From contig CAVOMX010000024.1 in assembly GCA_963697165.1 (NCBI GenBank), forward strand, positions 32,001 through 96,000: DNA of 64,000 nt, read 5' to 3'. The stretch comes from Candidatus Bathyarchaeota archaeon. GTDB lineage: Archaea > Thermoproteota > Bathyarchaeia > Bathyarchaeales > Bathyarchaeaceae. Below the pieces are notes generated by a model. That model made no database searches. It worked only from the letters and a program-made list of their open reading frames with translations, and was not told the origin of the DNA. The first letter of the stretch is position 1, and each line of letters opens with the position of its first letter. The position numbers and the translations under genes are program-made. This document shows positions 1 to 7,422 of the stretch, piece by piece.

Positions 1-176
1 TGCACGATTTATTTCAGAAAAGAATAAAATTTACAAAGTAATTATTATTAAAGAAAAAAATCTCTCAGACATTATTTCTCAATTTAGTATTTATTATTAG
101 TCATCAAAAAAATTAGATCTAATTCTACATTTTTTTAACTTTAAGGCTTAACAGAAATCCTAACCGAACTTCTTTG

Positions 177-426
177 ATACAATGGAAATGAAGGGGTCGG
201 AGTCCTAATCAAAACTTTTGAAACCAAACCGTATCTTCTTGAGACACACTAACTGTTAATTGACGAAGAGTCTTCCTTATTTACTTGTTAACTTGGTTGT
301 TAACTTTGCTGTGAACTCTTGTGAAATTAACTAGTAGATTTCATGTTTTTTGCTGTTTATTCTGGAAAATAGGCTCGATTATGTCTTTTCACGAGTATAG
401 AAGCCACCCCTTGGTTTCTACTGGAA
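177..426. other. Replication origin (oriC): two inverted ORB elements flanking an AT-rich unwinding region
   Basis: ATACAATGGAAATGAAGGGGT at 177-197 (+) and TTCCAGTAGAAACCAAGGGGT at 406-426 (-) match the archaeal ORB consensus TTCCAGTGGAAAC..AGGGGT, with G-strings pointing inward. Mini-ORB GTCCAGTGAAA at 545-555 (-). Surroundings are non-coding and AT-rich. Confidence 0.8.
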
Positions 427-601
427 AACAGGATTCGTTCCTTTCTCTTTTTTTATTTTGTAAACGTGAACTGTAGTGAAGCTTGTGAACCTAATACGCT
501 TGCAATTTTTGGTTTTTTTGGATTTTTAGGCATTTTTAGAGCTTTTTCACTGGACACTATCTACCACAATATCTATAACTTGTGAATAGTTAATTAGTGA
601 A
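287..601. repeat. Phased GTKAA(C) short-repeat array in the origin/promoter region
   Basis: GTTAAC 287, 299; GTGAA 311, 321, 466, 476, 485, 582, 597; TTCAC 388, 546. Spacing is 9-12 bp within clusters. Confidence 0.6.
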
Positions 602-620
602 ACACTAACTGGTGCGTGGC

Positions 621-1031
621 ATGCCTACCAAAAAAATGCGCGTAGAGATCTTCAATAATGGAGATCGTTACACGATAACCTTTGAGGGTCAGGTTACGCG
701 AGATAAGGCTCTTCGTCTACTTGATTTGGTTGAACTTTTGGGAGGAATGCCAACCGTAAACCCTGAAACAGCTCGCTCTGCATCTGAAATATCTAAGATA
801 GAGAAAGTTCGTTTAGTTGCGGAGAAAAATTTTCCTGTTGGCTGGTTTTCTTCAAAAGAATTACAGTCGGCGTATGAAAAGCAGTTTACTGAACCAATCC
901 GTTTGAGTACAGCCTCAACTTATCTGTCTCGTCTAGCAGATAGGGGGTTCTTCATTAAAAAAGGCGCTTCAAATCAACTACGTTACAGAATTATGACTGC
1001 AATATCAAACTATCAGGTTCATGAAAGATAA
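621..1031 (+). CDS. Winged-helix DNA-binding protein with a small N-terminal domain
   Basis: C-terminal wHTH pattern (FSSKEL...LSTASTYLSRLADRGFF...RYRI). ATG 621 follows GGTG; GTG 612 is the alternative start. Confidence 0.75.
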   Translation: MPTKKMRVEIFNNGDRYTITFEGQVTRDKALRLLDLVELLGGMPTVNPETARSASEISKIEKVRLVAEKNFPVGWFSSKELQSAYEKQFTEPIRLSTASTYLSRLADRGFFIKKGASNQLRYRIMTAISNYQVHER

Positions 1032-1108
1032 TAAATAGCCTGTCTTTTAAGATAGTTAATTTAGCGCTGAATTGTAAGACTCTTCGTGTTTGAGGAGAAA
1101 ACCTGCAT

Positions 1109-2140
1109 ATGGGTAAAATTCAAGAAGATTTGGTTGAGCTGAAAAACAAGCTTAAGTCATATGTTGATAAGGGTCGCCAAATAGGCTACGGCGATATTAA
1201 GCCGCAACCGCTGATTGTCACTAAACCTGACATGACTAAAATTAAGCCTCTAAAGAAGGTTAAACGCTGTGATTCACGGTTTTTGGCTGTGGACTGCTCT
1301 ACTAGAATTTTGAAGAGAGCCCACAACTGGGGCATTTACCTAATGCGTGTTGCGTACGCTTCTGTGGAGAACCGCAAAGTTAATTGGGGCTACGATGAAA
1401 GCATCGTAAGTGCAGTTGGGGACCGCCGTTACCGTTCTAACTTTTTGATGGACCGAAGGCTGCAACTAGAAAGTGAGATGGCTATGAAACTTCTTCACGA
1501 AGAGCCTACCGGGGATGTAGAGCCACATGGGAAGACTCTTCGTGGATTATGTGAGGGCGATTATGTTTTGTTAGATGGTGCTAGTTTTTTTGGGGGAAAA
1601 CGAGGGTTTCATACGTCGCTATACGAAGAGGCTCTTCGTAAAAAGGTTAATCTTCTCGCCGTAAGTAAACAATCTCCTATGTTGTGTGATGAGAAGGGAC
1701 GAGATTTTATGGCATCAACAAGTATTTTGTCACAATATCCTCTTTGGGTTTATCATCCGGTTAAAGAGGCAAATATGGCTGAGCATCTGTATGGTGATGT
1801 GTCTCTTGTGAAGTTGTGTGAAGATAGTCAACATGTCTTCCGTTGTGACATAATGGATTCTTTAACCTCTAGTGACGTGTCCGAGTTCCTTTCTCCCCTT
1901 ACATCGCTTTCCGAAGACCCCCGATGTTTAGGTTACCCTGTTACTCTTTGGCTAGCTCATGAATTTTCTGGAGCATCAAACTCAAAAATTCTTCAATATT
2001 ATGATTTAATTGAGAAAACACTGTCTGCTGATGGACTCTTAGAGACTCTTCGTAGGGAAGAGCTTTCCTGCAGTTTTGCTGACAAGATTCATGGAATAAC
2101 TAATCCTTATGAGGGTGGTGAAGGTTTTGACCGAATTTGA
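1109..2140 (+). CDS. nurA: NurA-family nuclease
   Basis: AVDCS, LLDG, AVSK and GYPxxLxxAH motifs; coupled to a HerA gene. Confidence 0.8.
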   Translation: MGKIQEDLVELKNKLKSYVDKGRQIGYGDIKPQPLIVTKPDMTKIKPLKKVKRCDSRFLAVDCSTRILKRAHNWGIYLMRVAYASVENRKVNWGYDESIVSAVGDRRYRSNFLMDRRLQLESEMAMKLLHEEPTGDVEPHGKTLRGLCEGDYVLLDGASFFGGKRGFHTSLYEEALRKKVNLLAVSKQSPMLCDEKGRDFMASTSILSQYPLWVYHPVKEANMAEHLYGDVSLVKLCEDSQHVFRCDIMDSLTSSDVSEFLSPLTSLSEDPRCLGYPVTLWLAHEFSGASNSKILQYYDLIEKTLSADGLLETLRREELSCSFADKIHGITNPYEGGEGFDRI

Positions 2141-3692
2141 GCCTGTTGGGTTTGTTCGCGAAGTGAAAGGGGACAAAATCTCTTTTTTCCTAAATCAGGG
2201 AGTAACTCTTTCTTTTGGTCAGATTGTCCGAATAGATTCTGATAACCGGAGCTTCTATGCGCGTGTCGTAGATGCTGGGAGTTCCTCTACGCTGAAAACT
2301 AATGAGCAGCTTCGTGAAGCTGAGGGAAAAGAGTCTTTTGGGCCTTACTCCAGCTTTAGGCACGTCGATGCAGTTCTGTTGCTTGAAAGTAACGCTGGGA
2401 AGATACGTTCTCCAACTTTTAACCCTAATTATATGGATCATGTATTTACAACAAACGAGGAAGACTACTCGATTTTGCGGCTTTCGGGCGATTTAGAGAT
2501 AGGTCTTTTGCGTTCAGGAGAAGAGGTTCTGGGCGAGGTAGGAATTAGTGTTAAGGCTATCCCGAAGATGATGGGCATGTTCGGAATGACCGGCTCAGGA
2601 AAAACCAACACCGAACTTATTCTAAACGCGCGTATAATCGATAACCCTGAAACTGTTGGTCTTATCTTCGATTTCGCCGGTCAGTTGCTGTCAGGAAAGG
2701 ACATTGGGTCTGAGAGTGGTCTAGGGGATCACCCTCTTTTTCATAGTAAGGTTCGTTACTATTCCGCGAGAGATGGCAAACTATGCATCGGCTTGCGTAC
2801 TCTTACTCCTGGAAGGTTATGGACGCTTTTTCCTGAAATTGGGAGACCCCAAATACGAGTTGCCCGGAGATTGTATGAGCAACTGGGCAACTGTTGGATA
2901 GAGGAATCCCGTGAAGCCTACATTTTAGAGGGCTACTTAGGTGTTGGCAAAATCATCAACTACAAATCTTCGAACGTAATTAATGCTTTGATGAGTAGGC
3001 TTTCCGACCTTCCGCCGCATCTCTTCCCGCCTTCCAACTATAACTTCATAGAAGATGTGGTCCAAAACATAAGCAAAGGAATTACGTGCCTCATTGACAT
3101 ATCAGGCTTAACTTCTGAAGAGCAACAAAACGTCACCTGTCTAACAGCGACAAGCGTTGCACAGCATTATAAGCTGTTGTGGGAAAACAAATTCGAAGAA
3201 TGGAAAAAGCTCCCAACTCTGTTGATCACTCTGGAAGAGGCTCACGAGTTTCTTGATCCCGAAATACGCAAAACCATCTTTTCTAACATCGCCCTAACAT
3301 ACCGTAAATATCGTGTCGGCTTAAACGCTGTAACTCCAAGGCCTTCAAAAATAAATCGTGACGTTTTCGCCGAGCTTTGGACCAAAGTCATCATGAAGAC
3401 CGAGCTTAAACGAGACCGGGATTATCTAACCCAAAATACGCCTTACATGGAATACAGTGACACCGAAATTAAAATGCTTGACATCGGAGAAGCATTACTT
3501 ATTTCAGAGCCGCAGATTCGGTTCGCGGTTCCTATCAAAGTTATTCATTACCCTGATTATCTACAGCAGCGGGGAACTGTGGAGTATGATTTGGCGCCCT
3601 CAAAGCCTCTTTCTGAAATGGATGAGAAACTGAAACGAATCAAAGCTGCCGGAGAGTCTCTTGCGGCTGAAGAAAGGTCTAGGAAACGCTAG
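2109..3692 (+). CDS. herA: HerA-family (FtsK/HerA) ATPase with N-terminal HAS barrel
   Basis: Walker A GMTGSGKT, Walker B LITLEEAH, RKY arginine finger, beta-rich N-terminus. The true start may be TTG 2127. Confidence 0.85.
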   Translation: MRVVKVLTEFEPVGFVREVKGDKISFFLNQGVTLSFGQIVRIDSDNRSFYARVVDAGSSSTLKTNEQLREAEGKESFGPYSSFRHVDAVLLLESNAGKIRSPTFNPNYMDHVFTTNEEDYSILRLSGDLEIGLLRSGEEVLGEVGISVKAIPKMMGMFGMTGSGKTNTELILNARIIDNPETVGLIFDFAGQLLSGKDIGSESGLGDHPLFHSKVRYYSARDGKLCIGLRTLTPGRLWTLFPEIGRPQIRVARRLYEQLGNCWIEESREAYILEGYLGVGKIINYKSSNVINALMSRLSDLPPHLFPPSNYNFIEDVVQNISKGITCLIDISGLTSEEQQNVTCLTATSVAQHYKLLWENKFEEWKKLPTLLITLEEAHEFLDPEIRKTIFSNIALTYRKYRVGLNAVTPRPSKINRDVFAELWTKVIMKTELKRDRDYLTQNTPYMEYSDTEIKMLDIGEALLISEPQIRFAVPIKVIHYPDYLQQRGTVEYDLAPSKPLSEMDEKLKRIKAAGESLAAEERSRKR

Positions 3693-4392
3693 CTTCTCTT
3701 TTTTTTAGTATCTTTTGCATCTCTTCTTTTAATCGATAGACATAAGGCATCTTATGGGTGTCTCTTTCCATATACCCGTCTTTGTATAGCTTCTTCATTA
3801 GACGCGCAGTGTGCTCTCTTGTGAGACCAATCTTTTCTCTTATTTCAGGCGCCGTTTTTTCTCCCTCTTTACCAATTGTTTCGAGGACCATAAGCTCGGT
3901 TTCAGTCAGTGGTTCCAAGGCTTTTTCCTTTCTTATTGGAATGGCCGCCTCTATCTGCATCTCAGGAACATAAGCCTCTTTCTTGATTTTCTCGATCTCA
4001 ACAAGCTTTTTCATAACTTTGTCTTGGGCTTCCTTTATGCCTACAACCTCGTTGCGCATCTCTTTAAGTTGTCCAGAAACCTTTTCTTCAATATGCGGAA
4101 CATCAGCCATTAGCCTAGTAATATCCGTTAATCGTCCCTCGTATTCCTCTACCTTTTCTACGACTTTTTTGTTCTCCAACAAGGCGTTCTCCATCTTCTG
4201 GGCAACAAAAAGAACCCTGTCCTTTTGCCTCCTGAATTGGCTGTCAACACTCACAACTATGTCATCTACAACTCCTTTTGCCCTGTCGTACTCTTGGCGC
4301 AGAGTCATTATTCGGCGATAATAAAGAAATATTGCCGAAATTGTGCCAAATAACAGAACCGACGTCACCACTAACATGAAGTCTGAACTCAC
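3679..4392 (-). CDS. Membrane-anchored coiled-coil protein with C-terminal winged helix
   Basis: N-terminal TM helix followed by YYRR, ~110 aa heptad-rich coil, then wHTH (LTETELMVL...TAPEIREKIGLTREHTARLMKKLYKDGY...YRL). Confidence 0.8.
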   Translation of the reverse strand: MSSDFMLVVTSVLLFGTISAIFLYYRRIMTLRQEYDRAKGVVDDIVVSVDSQFRRQKDRVLFVAQKMENALLENKKVVEKVEEYEGRLTDITRLMADVPHIEEKVSGQLKEMRNEVVGIKEAQDKVMKKLVEIEKIKKEAYVPEMQIEAAIPIRKEKALEPLTETELMVLETIGKEGEKTAPEIREKIGLTREHTARLMKKLYKDGYMERDTHKMPYVYRLKEEMQKILKKREASVS

Positions 4393-4404
4393 TAACTCAG
4401 CTCC

Positions 4405-6317
4405 TCACATGTGATTTCAACGTGATGCCGTGTGATATGCATATGTAATCACACATCACAATAGTATATAAACAAACTTAAAGTTTTTCCTAAATTCTGC
4501 ATCGTGACATCACACGTCACAAACGCCTCATAGCGAAGCTTCGGTGAAAGTGTGCTAGCCGACATTACCCCTCACTTTTTTCTCCCCCTCTACTTTTACA
4601 TTCCGCTACTAAAAACTGTCTAAAACACCCTAATTTTTGTAACAGGCTCTAAAATGGGCTTAAATTGTTGCGCAAAACTTTCTGTTGTTTGAGTGTTTGG
4701 AGCTGCCCTGTTTATGGGTTTTGTCTGGGCACAAGTGGCTATTTTTTGTGATAAAATGGCTGTGATTTGTGATGTCACGGTCTTTTTGATATTTTTCGGG
4801 GGTTGGTGAGTTCTTCTAGACTGTCTTTGAGCTCTTCGTGGAGTTGTGCCACTGGTCCTGATGTGTTCTTCTTTTGGCATCTTTTTCGCAAGTTCTCGTT
4901 GAGTGTTTATGTACGTTTTTAGCTTGTTTGCTGCCTCTAAATATGGTTCTAGGCTGATTTCTTCGAGAATTCCTAGGTATCCTAGGAGCAGAATTGTGTA
5001 GATTGATTGGGTAACATTCTGTCTGGCTTGCCTTAAACTCCTGTTAAACGCGCCCCTGCTTACGGCTAAAATCCGTAATTTGGCTTTTTCGTCATATTTT
5101 AGGCTTTTATCGGATATATTTTCTGCTAAAACGTCTATTAGAAGAGTTTCTATCTGTATTTTGGTTAAATTGCTGTTTTTTGAAAGTATTTTTACCAACG
5201 GGTCATTTAATGAGTAATTTAGCCAATTTTGGGCCTTTTCCTTCAAGTTCAAACTCTATACTCCAACCCCTGTTCCAAAGGATACAATTTCGTATACCAC
5301 ACCCTGCAATAAAAAACTTTACCATAACTAACCCAAAAAAAGCCCATGCTATTAATTTTTCTTCAATTACTAAAAAACAAATAAAATACTAACAAAAACT
5401 TCAATAAACTACATAAAAATACACTTAAAGAATTATTCAATCACTAAAAAATAACGGAACATTCCCTTGCATTTTATTGGAAAACTTTGCTTTAACCCAA
5501 AATCTGCTGGCGACGCCTCAATTAACTGCGTTAGGCTCTCTCCAGTGGGCTAATTACTCCCTCCAAAAGTCAACTCTTTACTCTATATCTGTGCTATCTT
5601 TGCAGTTTTGTGACCTTGTGATTTACCAGCTATGTGATTTCTTATCACAGTTGAATCACGTGTGATTATCACAGAATCACGTGTGACCTCACGCGCAACC
5701 CCCATTCTAAAATAGTCCGTTTTTGGACTATTTTCTGTTTTAACTCGTTTTTTGGGCTTTTCTAATGTGATGTTATGGTGTAGTGCCTGTTCTTTTGTGA
5801 TTCTTTTGATGTCACATGAAACCCCATCACTACCGTAGATTGATGGAAATCAGACGCGTTAGTTAATGTAGGCACTGTTGTTAATTGGCTGAAGGTCAAA
5901 TCCGAAGTTTTTGAGGCGAATTCTACGTGCTTAACCTCATCAAACCGCGATGTTTTCTCATCGGGCATTGAGCTACTTTAACACGCTGACGCATAATGGG
6001 CTGAGCAAACTGATGTGACTGGTCTGCGGACTCCACATTAATTCCATAAAAACAATCCAAAAATTAGTGTTTACACATATAATTGTCGATAGAATGTTGA
6101 TTGTGATTTATATCGATAACGTTTCTATTATTCAACACATCGTTCATAGATTTCGTTTTGCTGGTCCCTGTTTTTGTTCTCAAGTTCCCTTTTCATGACC
6201 TTTTTTTCTCTTGATTTAGCGTTTTCACTTATGCTTTTAGGACAAATATTTAAGCTATTGTTGAATTATAATTTGAAACAAGTATCTTAATCACAGAGTT
6301 AAACCGATTCATGTCAC
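4405..6317. repeat. Dense GTGAY/RTCAC repeat clusters in intergenic DNA
   Basis: About 30 copies counted by eye, clustered at 4405-4520, 4748-4778, 5610-5692 and 5767-5830. Includes palindrome TCACATGTGA (4405-4414) and direct repeat GAATCACGTGTGA (5653, 5674). Confidence 0.75.
4775..5252 (-). CDS. Uncharacterised protein with HTH-like motif (one frameshift near 4851)
   Basis: SNLTKIQIETLL...VSRGAFNRSLRQAR. Shifting frame gives a helical tail VAQLHEELKDSLEELTNPRKISKRP* ending at 4775, more plausible than the track's 4620 end. Confidence 0.65.
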
Positions 6318-6329
6318 AGGGGCTTTGAA

Positions 6330-6569
6330 ATGGGCAGAAGAAGAAGAAAAGTTGTTCATATACCTAAAAAGAAGTTGCCTACTGTTTACCTCTGTCCTAG
6401 GTGCGGCAAACAATCAATTAATGTTGAAATATTTCCTGGCGGTGAACACGCTAAAGTGCGGTGTGGTAGTTGTGAATTAACAGAGGAATTGGATACTAGG
6501 CCTGCTTTTAGGGAGATTGACATATACTGTCAATTCACGGACCTTTTTTATTCAAGATTGGCGGTCTAG
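6330..6569 (+). CDS. elf1: Transcription elongation factor Elf1
   Basis: MGRRRRK...CPRC...CGSC...IDIYCQFTD zinc ribbon. Confidence 0.9.
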   Translation: MGRRRRKVVHIPKKKLPTVYLCPRCGKQSINVEIFPGGEHAKVRCGSCELTEELDTRPAFREIDIYCQFTDLFYSRLAV

Positions 6570-6583
6570 TTAAGGGATCAAAT

Positions 6584-7342
6584 ATGGTTGGTCGAGTAGA
6601 AAAATATCTCTTAGAGAAGATCGCGAAAGAGGGAACCATTCACATGACTCTTGTTGATCCAGAAAAGGTTACGCCATCGTCTGCCTCCCGTATAGCTAAA
6701 GATGCTGAATCTTGTGATACAGCGGCTATAATGGTGGGCGGTTCAACTTCTGTTTCTGGTTCTCATCTGGATAAAGTTACAAAAGCTCTGAAAGATGCTG
6801 TGAAAATACCTGTAATCCTTTTCCCTAACAACATCACTGGAATAACCCGACATGCTGACGCTATCTGGTTCATGTCTCTCCTTAATTCTGCAGACCCATA
6901 CTTTATTATGGGCGCTCAAGTCTTAGGCGCCCCCATCATCAAAAAATTCGGTTTGGAACCTATTTCTCTCGGCTACATCATTGTGGGTGAGGGAGGCACG
7001 GTTAGTGTCGTGGGAAAAGCCATTCCTATCCCATACAACAAACCTGAACTTGCAGCTGCCCATGCACTAGCAGCCGAATATTTTGGTATGCGCTTCGTAT
7101 ACTTAGAAGCAGGATCCGGAGTCGGAAACCCCGTGCCCGCTGATATGGTAAGAGCGGTCAAGAATGTAACTAATCTTCCCTTAATTGTAGGCGGCGGTAT
7201 ACGAACCGGTGAACAGGTGAAAGATATAGTGAAAGCTGGCGCCAGCATTGTTGTAACTGGTAATGTTCTGGAGGAAAACAAAGGGAAAAGCAAGATAACA
7301 GAACTGGTAGACAACATGAAAGCCCACAAAATAACGCGTTAA
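6584..7342 (+). CDS. Geranylgeranylglyceryl phosphate synthase
   Basis: HMTLVDPEK, GGST, YLEAGSG and VGGGIR motifs. Confidence 0.95.
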   Translation: MVGRVEKYLLEKIAKEGTIHMTLVDPEKVTPSSASRIAKDAESCDTAAIMVGGSTSVSGSHLDKVTKALKDAVKIPVILFPNNITGITRHADAIWFMSLLNSADPYFIMGAQVLGAPIIKKFGLEPISLGYIIVGEGGTVSVVGKAIPIPYNKPELAAAHALAAEYFGMRFVYLEAGSGVGNPVPADMVRAVKNVTNLPLIVGGGIRTGEQVKDIVKAGASIVVTGNVLEENKGKSKITELVDNMKAHKITR

Positions 7343-7422
7343 AACATTGTTCTGTTTTACATTGTTTGTTTTTAGAAAAGCTCAATACCTTGCTTCGTGA
7401 GAATTAGGTAAGGAGAACGATT

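Noticed and set aside
4620..4774. C-terminal extension of the 210-aa ORF
   Set aside because: Low-complexity read-through after a frameshift; the alternative frame gives a better helical end.
5266..5548. Second origin: TCCTTTGGAACAGGGGT (-), TCCAGTGG (+) and an A-rich tract between them
   Set aside because: The boxes are short or degenerate and point outward, and the first overlaps the probable SD of the 5252 gene. Not excluded, but unsupported.
4405..5830. CRISPR array
   Set aside because: Repeats are 5-13 bp, in both orientations, without regular spacers; no cas genes.
5477..5968. Short ORFs 5477-5665 and 5762-5968
   Set aside because: No recognisable motifs; they run through the repeat field and are probably spurious.
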